NCBI GenBank assembly: GCA_036172245.1
Contig: JAYWIR010000039.1
Coordinates: forward strand, 248,001-312,000
DNA from: Raillietiella orientalis
Taxonomy: Eukaryota
Direction: 5' to 3'
DNA: 64,000 bases
Under the pieces are notes generated by a model that saw only the letters and a program-made list of their open reading frames with translations, was not told where the DNA came from and made no database searches. A program made the translations under genes and the position numbers. Positions 25,193 to 38,020 of the stretch are shown piece by piece; within the stretch, counting starts at the first letter, position 1, and every line of letters starts with the position of its first letter.

Positions 25193-27529
25193 CCGGATGG
25201 GTCCCCGAAATGGGAAGGAGACCCCGCTTCCTCCTCGCGTTCCATGAACATGACGTCATGTCAGGTCACGTTCCTGCAGGGAAAGGGAAGGGAGTGGGGG
25301 ACGGATGTTTCTCGGGGGCATGAAGGCTCCGGCCGCTGCCGGGTCGTGCGGGTTCCTCTCCCCCGAGTGCTCGGGTGGGGATCCTGGCGGCAGATGGCTC
25401 CGAGAACCCGGCTTGCTCGCCTGCGCACAGCTGCGCCACTCGGAGTTCCGCAGGCGCTCCCGCGCCCGTTTTCCTGGGAGGCTTGGCGCCTGCACGCGTG
25501 GGCGTCGCGCTCGGACGGCCACGCCTCGGGATTTCCGCATGGCAACCTGGGAGATCTCGGGAGGTTTCGCGAGTAGCGGCCCTCTTGCGTCTCGCGACGG
25601 CCCGCAGCGTAGCTGCCTCTGCCAGCAGGAAGATCCTCTTCGCGCGTCGGGGCGTCGCGTGGCAGCGGCGGCCTCCCCCAAGTCGGCGCCTCGTCCCGAG
25701 GCGGGGATGGTCCTGGAAGCAGCGGCACCTTCCGGACCTCCGGCTCGACGAAGCCCTGCGCTCGGGGCTGAGCCTCAGGTCTCAGCGAAGTCCGGAGGAG
25801 GAGAGACTTCCCCCACGCAGACGCCAAGGTTAGGCCGGAGGCGCACGACTCCTCCGGTGGCTTCCGGGATGGGCAAGGCGGGTCGGGGGTTTGCGACCTC
25901 GGCGTCTCCTCACCCGCGCCCCTCGCGGGGGCGTCTTCCCGCCTCCGGAATTCCTCTGCTCCCTGCGTCCCCGAGCCTTTTCGCGCGGCTCCCCGTCCAT
26001 GCGGGTGGGAAGCGGTAGGTGGATAGGCGGCGGCGACGGCTTCTCTCGGTGGGCTCTGCGGACGTGTCCTAGGAAATGCGGAGGCGGCACGCGCTCCACT
26101 GGAAGGTAGCTGGCGCGCTTCCGCCGCGCGCGCGCGCGCACTGTCCTCGATGACGGTGCTTCTACCGCGCGGAGCTTCCGGCTCGCCCGGGGCGGCGATC
26201 TATCGACCAATCAAGGCGTTCTCTTCCGTGGGGACCTCCCCATTGCCTTTCCCCCAAAGCCTCGTCCCTGCGGAGTCGGAGCATGCCAGTAGAGGGCGGG
26301 GGAACCTCTTGCCCTCCCCCCCCCCTTCCGCGTAGACCTCTGCACACCGGAACGCGTTCTCGCGGCCACGCCCACTTCCGCTCAGCGGCGCCGCCATCGT
26401 CGTCTTCTCCCCCTCCTCCGTTCTTCTCCTGCGTTCGTTGGCGCTTCCGGATAGACCGCTGCCTCCCTGGGCGAAGCGACCATCCAGGAGCGACCTCTAT
26501 GAACTCACCCGAGTGTCCTGGCTGCGGAAGACCACGATCCTTCCCGCAGCTGCGACGGTTTGCCCGGAAACGCCTGTGCCGTTTGCGCAGACGCTGCCGC
26601 CGGGAGTTATTGTTCTTCCCCTCCTCCCATCCTTCCTTTCTCCGAGCTGCAAGGACCAGCCGCGGCTTATTGCGCCATCGGGCGTCGTCGTTGCAACATG
26701 CGCGCGGGCTTAGGTGCGCCCCCTGCGCACTCGGAATAAGTGCGCGAGAGAGCCCCTCCGTCCTTGAGGAGTGGACCTTCATTGTGAAGACTCGGAGGAC
26801 GCCCCGCGCGCGTCCTCGCTGAAGCGAAGACCCCGTGCGCGCGCCTGCGCGTATGAGGGAAAATGGTCCGCGTCTTCGCCTCCGCTCTTCCGCGCTCGAG
26901 AGCAGGCTCGCCGACCCCAGTTCTTCAGACCGACTGGCTGTGCTCTGGGACTCCAGACCATTCATTTGCTTCTCCTCGCTTCCGTCCCTGCAGGGGTGGG
27001 AAGGGGCAGCTCCTCTCTCCACCCCTTTTTTGCGCTCAGGACGGAGAATTCGCTCAGGAGGTGAGCACCATTCGAAGGCCAAGCGCTCTAAACCCGGCCG
27101 CGGGCACGTGCCTGGCAGCTGCCGAAGCACTCACCGCATTCCACCTCCTCCAGAGCGCCCCTACAATCCCTGGAGGAGGATCGCAAGAATTCTCCATTCC
27201 GAAGTTGATCCGGAACGCGCGCCTGTGGCTGTCTCCTTCCGGGTGCGCCCCCTCCACGACCGCGATTTGGAGAAGGGGGGGAGGATAGGAGCGATTCCGC
27301 GCTCGCGCTCCGACTCTGCATGGAGGGCGGAAGGGCTGTCAGACCCGCCGCGGGACAGCACCTTCCCGGGACGCGCCCCAGCACACGGAAACGTCGGCCC
27401 CTCCCGGGCTGAAGACGGGAGGAAAACTTCTCTTTGGCCCCAAGACGCGCCCGCGGGTTTGGGAGAATCAGGGAAGCGGCAGCTCCTTGCCTGCCTTTTG
27501 CAACTGTGGTTCATGTTCCCTTGTTCCCA

Positions 27530-27730
27530 TGTTCTCCTTCCTCCCTCCCATTCCCTTTCACTTCCTTCCTCCTGCTTTCCTCTTCCTCCTCCCTTTCTCC
27601 TCCTCTCTTCTTCCTGTTCCCTTCTTCACCCTCCCCGCTTCCTCGTCCCTCCGCTTCTTTTCATCTTCCCTTGCCTTCTTCCTCTTCCCTTCATCCTTCT
27701 CCTTTCCTTCTCCTCCTCTTCTCCTTCGTT
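27530..27730. repeat. Polypyrimidine low-complexity tract
   Basis: About 200 nt almost entirely C/T; similar tracts at about 48950-49090 and 63480-63545. Confidence 0.85.
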
Positions 27731-29499
27731 TCCATATGGGTCCTCTACGCGAGGTGCTCGAGAAGAGCTTTCGTTGCTTTGGGAACGGATTCTGCCTGGA
27801 GCCGCAGCCGCCGCCTCCCTTTGCCACAAATCCCTGTGGACCAGTTCGGGCCTCCCTCCTTCGCGTCTCCTGTTGTCTTTGATGCCGTGTTCCTTTCTTC
27901 CGCTGTCTCTTCGTTCGGGCCCTTTTGCTCCTCACCCGGACTTTGGACCAACGAGTGACCTCTGAACGACGTACTCCTGGACACCTGCTGCTCGAAGCTC
28001 TGCGTTCACTACGGTTCTCCCTACGCCTTACCCGCCATCTCTGGAGACGTGCGTGCGGAACAGAATGCACCTGGACGATGATGCGCCACTCTTCGCATGG
28101 GAGAAGCACGCGGAGTGCGCAGTCGGTTGCGAGCGTTCCCTCGTCGTCCGAGGACCGGCGCGGTGCAAGACGGGCGATCGCGGATCCGGCGCGGCGTATT
28201 CCTGGTGGCGAAAGTCCTGCAAGACGTCGGGCTAGGCGCCAAGACTCCATCCACGCACGCATGCGCCGGGTCTCTTGCCGTCGACTTAAGGAGTTTCCTG
28301 GACAGTTTCGGGAAGGAAAGCGATGCGCCCGTCTGGGCGGCTGAAGAGAAACACCCTCTTTGCGCGGAGAAAAATCCTCGATGGGGTCGGGAAAAAGACT
28401 TCACTGGGTCCGCACCTCACCCAAAAAAACGGGGGTGGTAGCGGTGGTTCGAAGGAGGAGCATCCTCCCAGTTTGGCATCCGGAAACCGGAACGCTGGAT
28501 CGATCCGAGATGCGCGCCTATCACGAGACTGGAAACTGAAAGGCAGCGCACCTGCCGGGAAGTAAGGAATTCTGGGAAGAGGCACCTGTAACGGCGCCTC
28601 CGCAAGGAATGAAGATGAGTGCGACAGGTAGCGAACAGCGTGCGTTGGGTTTGGCGGTGCGGGAAGAGCAGCTCTGGGAAAACCCATCCAGGTTAAGCGA
28701 TCCTCGACGGGGGAAGGGAGGGGGTCAAGGAAGCCCAAGGAAAATCCTCCCACAGGAGGAGGCAGTCGCGGACGGACCGAGGGCATCATCGGGTCGGAAG
28801 CCACGGCAAGCGGACCGGGGATCGGGATGACCGAATAGGATGGCCTGGCCACCGAGGGTCCCACCGGCGACCGGCACCTGCTGTGGGGATCGAACCCACG
28901 TCAGATGGCTCCTACAGCCTCATCCTATTTGGCTGCGGGGCACCAGGAGGAAGGGCTGGTGCGAAGGTCCACGAGAAGGGTTCTGCGCTTGGAGAGGGGG
29001 ATAGCGAGTCGTCCTTTGCCTGCAGCGCTTCGGATAAGGAAAGGACCACCTGATTGATGGGGTTGGGGTCGCTCCCGCGCACATCCTGCCGGTGGCTGCC
29101 GGGGCGCACCTCGCCCTCTCTTCGCAGCAGCAGAGCCGCTCAGCGTGAGGACTCCCGGAGGGCGGCTGCCGAGGAACGCTGCCGCCGGGGGCCCAGGGGA
29201 GAGGAGAGATGCCGTCCGGTGGTCGGAAACGCTCTCCTGACGGGAATGCGCCCTCGTCCTCTCCGAGGGTCTACGACTGGCGAGGGGGGGCGGGTAGGTG
29301 GCGGGAGCTGCCGAGAGCGTTGTGCGCTCCGCGGTCATCGACGCGGCCGCGCCCTCGGCCTCCTCGTCGAGCAGGCCACCGGCAACGCGGGACTTGCGTC
29401 CTGAGTTGCATCCTAATCATACTTCATCAGGATCTTTGATAGAGTGTGATTATCACTTGCGTCCTACCTTGCGCTCCGAAGCCCTATCTGCCACTGCGG

Positions 29500-30638
29500 A
29501 TTGCAGCTTCGGAGGGCGGCCAAACTCGCGAAGACCAACCCAGGATGGATCTCCATCTTCACCACTAATGGTAGTGCCTGGCTTTAGGAAACCGTTCGCC
29601 CGTGGGCGAGGATCCACGAGCAACGCGCGGAACAGGTGCGAAGATTCCTGTTCGCGCGGCATAGCAACCGCACGCTCCGAGAGACCTTGGAGGATCCCCG
29701 AAAAAGCGCGTGGACAGGAGGAACTTCTCTTGCTGCGGCTTTGCCCTCCCTCAGGGAACATCTGGGCAGCGACATCGCGGCAACATGGGAGGTTTTCATG
29801 AAGATCTCCGGACAAGAGAAGATCGGGAAATGGAAAACGGGCCAGCTTACCAACGCTGCTATCCCGAGTACCACTCCACATGGACTCTTGCTCCGAGGCG
29901 AGCTGCTGGATGTTCCAGTGGAACACCTGAAGTGGCCCCCGATTCTGATGGACGCGTGCACCCTCCCCATGAAGTGGCAGCAGTCGGCGCTGTTGGAGCT
30001 GTTCTGGGGTCTCCCGTGCGACGCCCACCATCACCACTGGACGCAGAGGGTGTCGACCCCAATTGAGCGAGAATCCCTCCCCCACCTATTAGTGGATTGT
30101 ATTGCCCTCCGGTCCCTATGGGAACTCTTTGTCGCGGCCCTGGAAACCCCTGGAGGCAACCCCAGAGACGCTATACGATCCCTCTTCGTTCGAGATGCCC
30201 TCCCGCCAGCGACCTCGCTGGCAGCCCTGTGCTGCCTGCGCGGGATCGTCGCTGCATGGAGCAAGGCGACGGGAGGACCCAGCGATAGCGATGCCAGCGA
30301 ATACGCCGTCCGCTTCTTGAGGATGGCGACGTGATGGCCCCATCTGGAACTATTCAGGAAAAGCTTGCCAGCATCCTCCAGAGAATGTGACGGATCATCC
30401 CAGCAGACTGCGATCCCTTCCCGCGCCCTCCCAGTGCTTTTATTTATTTTTCATTTTCATTTTTCTTTTTGTTTATACCCCCCTCCCCTCTGCTGCCGAG
30501 GTGGAGCGCACTGGTCTGAGAACCGATGACCCGGCAGGCTTTGATCATCTAGCGCGTGTCTGGATCACTGGTCCAGCCATAGATGCTGTAAAATAATTTA
30601 TTCGCGAGAATAAACACCCCGGCGCGCCCGGGTGAGAA
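29500..30638 (+). mobile_element. 5'-truncated non-LTR retrotransposon, subfamily 1
   Basis: ORF 29636-30334 (GELLDVPVEHLKWPP..LPMKWQQ..FWGLPCD..HWT..ERESLPHLLVDC..GGNPRD..LFVRDA). T-rich UTR, terminus AATAAACACCCCGGCGCGCCCGGGTGAGAA. 5' boundary approximate; no TSD found. Confidence 0.85.
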
Positions 30639-31024
30639 TCAGCAGGTTCATGCAGGCGCCCCCTCGGGGAGAGCGAGGATCGTCGTCCCCGATGCACCAG
30701 AAAAAAGGAGACTGGTCCCTGGGCTCCACGAGCCTCCTCCACGGCACTCCTTCGTCTGGAACAGAACGCCGTGCCTCCCTTAGGCCACGACAAGGGGAAC
30801 TTCCCGGTTTCGAAGAGGGGAAGGGGAGCTGCAGGGGTCTCCTCTCACTCAAAACAGAGAGCGAAGGAGGTGTGAGCTAAGGAATTCGCACGGTTGAGTG
30901 CCTGCAGGACTTGGAAGCCTCGAAGGTTCCGTGCCCTGGGAGCGCCACACTTCGCACTCCTTAAGGAAAGTTCCTCACCTTCAAGGGTCGACATCCCTTC
31001 CAACCCCTTGAAAAGGATGAACCT

Positions 31025-31360
31025 AGGAGTGGGCGAATAGAAGAGTGGATTAGTGATGGCGTGGATGAACAGAAGAGTGGAGGAATACAAGAGTGGATTA
31101 AAGAAAGAGTAGATGAATTGAGGAGTGGAGGAGTAGAATTGTGGATGAGTAGAGCAATCGATCGAATGAAGCAGTGTAGGATTGTAAGAGTGGATCAGTG
31201 GATGATGGAGGAGTGAAGGGAGAGAGTAATGCATCAATGAAGGAGTGGATGAATAGAGGAATGAATGGATGAACGGACGAGTGGACGAATAGAGAAGTGA
31301 ATAAATGAAGGAGTGGAAGGATGTCGGAATGGAGCAGTGGATGAATGCGGAGGAGTGGGG
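31025..31360 (+). repeat. Purine-rich degenerate minisatellite (GGAGTGGATGAAT-like)
   Basis: Repeated GAGTGGATGAA/GAGTGGAGGA units. Confidence 0.75.
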
Positions 31361-31393
31361 AAATGCAGGTGCAAAAGAGCGGGAGCGAGAGAT

Positions 31394-32593
31394 TTCTCAC
31401 CCGGTCACGCCGGTGCGTTTATTTCATATATTATAAACAAAAACAATTATATAAAATAAACCAGCTGGCAACCCTGCTCCCAACCGACGACTGAACAAGG
31501 ATCAAGAGAAAATTCCTGGCACGCAGGCCAGAATAACACAGAACGGTGTGTGGGAACTGGGAACACAAACAAACAAAAACAAAAGAAAAAAAAATCAATG
31601 GGGGACGCCGGGACAAGGGTCTTTGGGATCGCTCTGGTAGGCACCGGGATAAAAGAAATGGCACCGGCAGTTTAGCAGAGCGAGCGGGGAAGGGGTATGG
31701 GTGGGCTACAGGTCGCAGTGGTCACCGGATTACGCCGTTCTCAAAAGTCTGTAAACCGGCGATGGATGCCGGCGATGTCCTCTTTCACCTCGTCACGAAG
31801 ATGAGGCCACCTTGCAGCCTTCTCCATGGATTCAGCTGCAAACAGGTGAGCCTCCCTTCGCTCCGCTGACAACTCCAGGGCATAGCAGGTCTTCACGATG
31901 GCGCGAATGCAACACATGGTTGCGACAATCGCGCCAACCGAAAATCCATTCCTGCTGAAGAAGCGCCGCAGCACATCAATGGCAGTGCCTCCCTGCGGCA
32001 GGATGGCTGAAATCAGCCTTTGCCACAGTTCACAGAGGTCACCGCAGTCCAGCAAGAGGTGCGGAAAAGACTCGATCTCTCCGCACCTCAAACAGTTTGG
32101 CGGAGCAGCTCCCCCGGAAACGATGCTTCGCTGCCGATTACAGTGGAATCCCCAGTGTAAAAAGAGCAGCACATCTTGTTTCCACTTTAAGGGGAACACG
32201 GAGCTGTCCAAACAAACGGGGGGGACCACTATCTCTTCGGGGGGTACACTTAAATGTTCGCTCCACCGAAGCAGGCCCTTCGCCCGATTACGAGGAGTGG
32301 CAGTTTCCACCAGCTCCTTTGTCGTCCAGCAGCCGAGGAGCTTACTGACTCCCTCTATTGAGCAGGAGAACTCCCATTTCGCCGGTAGGCAACTGTCGTT
32401 GCTTGCCCTGAGGGCACACAGCGCTGCGGCGAGTGGTGTGGCGGCCAGACGATCCGACTTCTTCTTGTCCTGCATGACTTCGTCCATTGGATGACTGAGG
32501 AGTAGTCGCAGGCGTCGAAGATCTTCCGGACGCGCTCCTTCGGAAGCTGCCCACGATGAAAAAGATTCCTGCCGCCATGCATTAATGTTCATT
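31394..32593 (-). mobile_element. 5'-truncated non-LTR retrotransposon, subfamily 2, with an uninterrupted ORF2 C-terminal frame
   Basis: Open frame to stop at 31741 containing CLRCGEIESFPHLLLDC (C-x2-C-x7-H-x4-C, 32044-32094, zf-RVT-like). Terminus AATAAACGCACCGGCGTGACCGGGTGAGAA. TSD GAGCGAGAGAT (31383-31393) / GGGCGAGAGAT (32594-32604). Confidence 0.88.
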
Positions 32594-35500
32594 GGGCGAG
32601 AGATGGAGGCAGGTGGAGGAGGGGAAGGGACGGGGGAAATTCTTCTGTGGTCCCCTCCCCCGCCCTCCGCGCTACAGGCCGAGTGGATTGTCCTCCCTCC
32701 GCTTTCACCCTTCATCTCCTATAGTGGTTTCTTCCCTCGAGCGATCTCTGCTGAGGACTCTCTGGCAGTCCAGATTTAACCCGAAGGAGGAATTTCGGGG
32801 CATCCTGGAAAGTTCGGGAAAACGGGAATGACGCAAAGCGGCTCCTTCGGCGAAGCGCGGGAGACGTTGCCAGCACGAGCGCGTGGCGGGTATTTCGGGA
32901 CTCCCGGCCACCGACCGAGGCGGCGGCCGCGAACTGCGCGCACCCGCCGCTGCACGGGGCGCCTGTCGCGGCGTGATCGGGCCAGCCAGGAAGGCGGCCG
33001 GTTCTATGTTGCCGGGCGCGCAGACGCCAAGGGGTACTATGGGGTTGCGAAAGGGGCGGTTGCAGGGAAGGGCGGCTGAGGATCCCGCCCTGGAGAAGTT
33101 GATCCCGGCAGGGGGGTGGGAGTGGGGGCCGGAAGGAGCCGAGACAATGAACGTGTCGGTCCGCGGTAGCGGGGTGGGAGGCGGAGGAGCTGCTGCCGGC
33201 CGGGGAGCGCAGCGTGGTGCACGTGGGCGCGCTCTGGCAGGACTCCTCCTGCTGTCCTCGAGCAGGATGAGGTTGGGGCCGGGAGAGGTGCGAAGAAATC
33301 CCAGGCGCGAATGTCCACGCACGCCCTACGGCTCTAGGTCGCTCATCGGTTTCGGGTTCGAATTGCGTCAACTGGTGGCGCTGAGTCCGGGAGCGCGGGC
33401 GAAAGGGCAGCGCTGGGCTGGCGACGAGGAGGAACCGGCGCGACTCCTGGCCTCTGACCGATCCCGTGGGTGGAGGCCAGGAGACGGGAATCTATCAGTG
33501 TGGTTTCCCGGGAGTGAAGGGGGGAGGAGAGAGACCGGAAGCTCCCTCTTCCGGAAACCGCGCTCCTTTGAGGCCGCTGCCTTCGACCACCTCCTCGGAG
33601 AGGCAGTCGTGCTATTCTCCGGAAGGAGCGAAGACGCAGCTTCCTCCTCTCCCGCTCAGAGGACGGCAGGGGGGGGGGGGTACGCGAGCTCGCCGCAGGC
33701 GGAGGCGGCGGCTCTAATGAGTCACCCCGTCGCGCCGCCACTTCTCGGTGGTGGAGTCACGGCAGGGGGTGGTCACCCCCTTCGCCTTCCCTCCCCCTCC
33801 TCCCAGGCTGGAGAAGTCTCTGACGTGCCTCCGGGATCTGCGCCTCCGCGCGTGTGCTCTTCCGCCGTGAGTCTCCCCAGGAGCCTCATACCGCCCGGGG
33901 CTGCACGAACGCCCCCGGTCTTTCCGGCCAGGAAGACCTCGTCCCAGGGGATTACGAGCACCTTCCCCGAGTTCCTCCCCTTCCTGCTCTTCTCCGATCC
34001 GGGAACGCGCGGATTCGCGGGGAGCAGCCTCCCCTCCCGCGTCCTGCGTCCTCTCGGGCGGGATCGACTCCCAGAACGCCTCGGGCGGCTTCCGGATCAC
34101 CATCGGCGACGACCTCCCGCCGGAGGTGACAAAGGGGTGGGTGGAAGAGGTCATCGCCGCTTCGCTGCAGGGTGCTCCCTTGCGGCCGGGGTCACGCGTG
34201 GTCTCCTCGAGCGGAGGGGCGCCGGGTTTCACGCGCAGGAGCAGAGGTCGCCGGTCGATAGTAGGCTACTGGTGACCTGGGAATCTCGTAAGCCCCGAGA
34301 GCGACTCGAGGAACCTGCGGGATGCCGGATCTATTGCAGCGCAGCGCCGGGAGAGACTCCCTCGCTCCTCCCCTCACTTTTCTCCCAGAAGCCCCAGTCC
34401 TCATCCACAAAGGTGGGTGCCCCGTCGCCAAAGGGATCCCGACTGGCCCTGAGCTCGCTGCTCCTGGTCAAAGGTCGAGCTGCCCGCGTCTCTGTGGTCG
34501 TCAGGGGTGGCAGGCGATCCCCATCAGCGAAGAGGGGACCCCGGGCTCTCGGAGGCCCTGAGACAGCCGCAGGCAGTCACCCCGTCTCCACCGGATGCCT
34601 GATAGACCGCGCGTCCACCTCGCGTTCTCCGGCCCGAGGCGCACCGCGGCGGGCTCCCCTGGCGTCAACCCGGACGCAGGATGGCCGCAGGATAGCCGCC
34701 GCCCTCTGCAGCAGCTGGTCCTCTAGAGTTGGAGCGCCCTTCCCCCAGCGGTCAGGCTTCTCGCTTTCCCCAGGAGGTCGCACGTGGGGGGGGAAAGGGT
34801 CGCTTCCCCTTTGCAACCACGCGAAGAACCTCTTCCGGGGCGTTCGTCCTCTTTCCCTTCGCCTCAGGAGGGCGGGTGGGCGGGAAGTCTGCTCCTCCCC
34901 TCCTCGGCCGCCTTTTACCGCCGCGGTTCCTCCCCCTCCTCCCGCCCTTCTCCCCCTTTCCGCTCTCCATCCTGGGCACCCGCCGATCACGCGGGTGTCA
35001 CGCTCTCTCGAGGCGTCTGCAGCGGCGGCGGCGGCGGCGTGGGGAGCTGGAGACACGGATACGTGGCTGTTGCCATGACAGCGGGGCAAATCCTTGGGCT
35101 CCGGCGCAGGGCGAGAGCGCCTTCCCATCGGCCGCTGGCTCAGCTACGTCTCTCCGGGGAGAGCGGCGGATGGGAGGCGCGCGCTGTTGTCGCCCTTCCT
35201 CCGCCCTCCGGCTGCGCCGTCTCCGCCGCCCGGGGACAAAGGTCGTTGCCGACGGGGCCTCCGCGGCGCGTCTCCCCGCGCGCAGACTGCGCACGTCGCC
35301 GGCAAGCGGCCCTTCGCGCGCGCGCTCGGTGACCTACTTCCAGCCCCCCCTCTCTTCCTTCTCCCCCTCCTACTGGAGACGGCGGCGGCGCGGCGAGTCC
35401 GAGCGCGGGGATCTTCTCGTGGCGGCGCGAGAAGCTGGCCGGGGGACCACGAGAGCGCCCGCGCCTTGTGAGAGCAGTTACCCCGGCAATGGGAGCTGGC

Positions 35501-37669
35501 CGGTGCGCAGAGGATGCAGGGCGGCTCTGGAACCCCGCCAGCACCCATGGGACAAGCTCCCGTCCCGAGCAGTCTCGACACCGACCGGCGGGGCGCGGGT
35601 CGACTCCTCCCCTTCCTTCCCTGCCAGTGCAGGAGGAAAGTGCGTCTCACCTGCGGACCGGGAGGAGCCGACCGAATGGAGGCGGGGTTCCTGTGCCGCG
35701 AGGGTTTGCCTCCGCCGCCGCCGCCGCCGCTTCCTCGTTTTCCCGTGAGGCGTTGCCACTAGGCAGCCGGCTTTCCTCGGGGCGCCGCAATTTCTAGGGA
35801 CGCTCCGCGCTCGAGACCCCGCCTGGCGCCGGAGAGGCTACGACTGCGCTCGTTCCCTGGAAGGAAAGTTGGAGCACGAAGAGGATGGGAGGAAGAAAAT
35901 GGGGGAAAGAAGGGAAAGCGGAAGAGAAGGAGGGAGGAGGGCGACCACCTGCACCCCTCTTCCTCTTCCTCTGGGACCAGACGGCTCCCTGAAGACTCTT
36001 CTCGCTGGACCGCCGCGGTCGCGATCTCGCTCGGGTCTTGCCCTTCCGCTATTCACAGGCAGCGCTGGAAGCCGGCACTGGGGAGGGCGCAAGGTGTTTG
36101 CCTTCTTCCGCGGCTTCCGGGAGCATCCTGGAGGGCTCCGTCCGCCTCCCTCTCTCCCTCCTCGAGTCGACGGGAGCCGCGTCGTCCCGCTCGGGTCCCG
36201 GTGCAGCTGAGGGACGCGCGGGAAGAGCTCCCCTCTTTGAGCACCGGAGTGGTCCTTAGAGAGGGGAGGATAGGTGCGGAGCGGCAACATCGCCACGGGC
36301 GTCCCCCGTGACGCTTGGCTGCACGTCGGGGTTCTCTTCTTCGCTGCTTCCTCGGTTCAAGGTCGTCCGCTATGGATGCTCCTCTCCCATCGAAGGCCAG
36401 CCACCTCTCTCGCCCGACGAGTCGCCCGCCCTCCTTCCTCAGCTGCTCCTCCCAGAGCCCTGGGCACGCTCGGCACAGGGCAGAGGGGGCTGGGGAAATG
36501 GGAGGACGGGAGAGGGGAGTTTGGAGGAAGGTGGAAGGGAAGGGCAGCTGCAACCGAAGACACGAGCGATGAGGAGAGTCTCTCGCTTTTCCCCGTGATG
36601 CGTGGGAGGGAGGGAGTGGCGAACGATGTCCCCCCCCCCCCCCCCCCGGCTGTCTGCTGTGGATTTGCGCGCGCGCGCCGCGATCTGCCTGTTGCGTGCG
36701 GATCGCACGCGTCACACCTCGCGCTTGCCCCCCTCCATCGGAGGACCGGAGTCTGCGGCAAGCCCTCCGAGGGACAGGCGGACGGCCCCGTGTCCTCGCC
36801 CGAGCCCCGCCGCCGCTCCGAGCGGGGGCGTCTGCGCGCATGCGCCGCCTAAAGTGAGCGCAGCTGTGCCTCAAATCCGCGGACAGAGAGGTGTCCAGCG
36901 GAGACTAACGAGGGTGGGAAGGTCCGGAAGCGGCACAGAACCGCGACGGGGCTTTCAGCGATCCCGGGCGAAGGACACTGTCTCCTTGGGCGCGGGCGTC
37001 CTCATGGAACAGGACCGCCCTTCTTCCCCAACAGCAATCTGGCTAGTTGTCAGGATGGGGAGGGTGCAAGCGGGAGTGCGCAGAGCTTCTGCGCAGCGCA
37101 CCCTTCCCCCCTTCCTTCCTCCGGAGGCGTTGCGGCTTCTGCGATGGAAGGACAAGGGCGGTCACTCGGCGAATTCGGGGCAGCGCAGCGGACCAGAAAA
37201 GGCAGTGAATGACCCTCCGTCCATCTCCTCGCCGTGCTTCGTCTTCGGCAGCTGCCCGTGGCAAAGGAGCTGAGAGTTTGCCTTCTGAGGCTCACTTCGG
37301 AGAGACGAGCAGGCGCGGAACGGCGCAGAGGGTACGGAGAGGGAGGGAGGGGGGGAGAGGAGGAACGGCGGATAACGACGGGCACCGTCACGGCGAGGGC
37401 AGTGAAGATGACGCCCAAGGAGATGACCTCGACCATATGACTATGACGACAATAATGACGACTCCGTTGAATGTGACGACGATGGCAGAGGCGTTGTCCA
37501 CGTCCATGAGAGTGACGCCTTTGTCTAACATCAAAGAGAGCCACGAAATTCACGGCGACGACACGGATGACGGCAACGGATCTGCAGATGACGAAAATAA
37601 TGACACGCTCAAGAATATGAGGATGCAAATCATCACGAACGTGCGCGACCGAAGGACAAATGGTAGAGA

Positions 37670-38020
37670 AGAACAATGGATGAATGCACCAGTGGAAACA
37701 TGTAAGAATCGAAGTACGTGGAAAATCATCACTGTAGAGAGGGATGAATGCAGGAGTGGATGAATGTAGGAGTCGCTGCATGTAGGAAGGGATGAACATA
37801 GCAGTGGATGAACGTAGAAAGTGACGAATGTAGGAGTGGATGAATATAGGAGCAGATGAATGTAAAAAGAGAGAAATATAGGAGTCACTGAATGAAAGGA
37901 GGGGATGAATGCAGGAGTGGATGAACGTAGAAAGGGATGAATGTGGAAAGAGATAAATGCAGAAGTCGCTGCATGTAGGAAGGGATGAATACAGGAGTGG
38001 GCGAATGTGGGAGTGGAAGA
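37670..38020 (+). repeat. Purine-rich degenerate minisatellite (GGAGTGGATGAATG-like)
   Basis: Repeated GGATGAAT/AGGAGTGGATGAA units with a duplicated AGTCGCTGCATGTAGGAAGGGATGAA; related short tract at about 38830-38930. Confidence 0.75.

Noticed and set aside
32883..35078. 731 aa ORF (also 442 aa at 23703, 376 aa at 26835, 359 aa at 9384, 351 aa at 6578)
   Set aside because: R/G/P/S/A-rich with no recognisable domain, overlapped by long ORFs in other frames; expected by chance in very GC-rich DNA.
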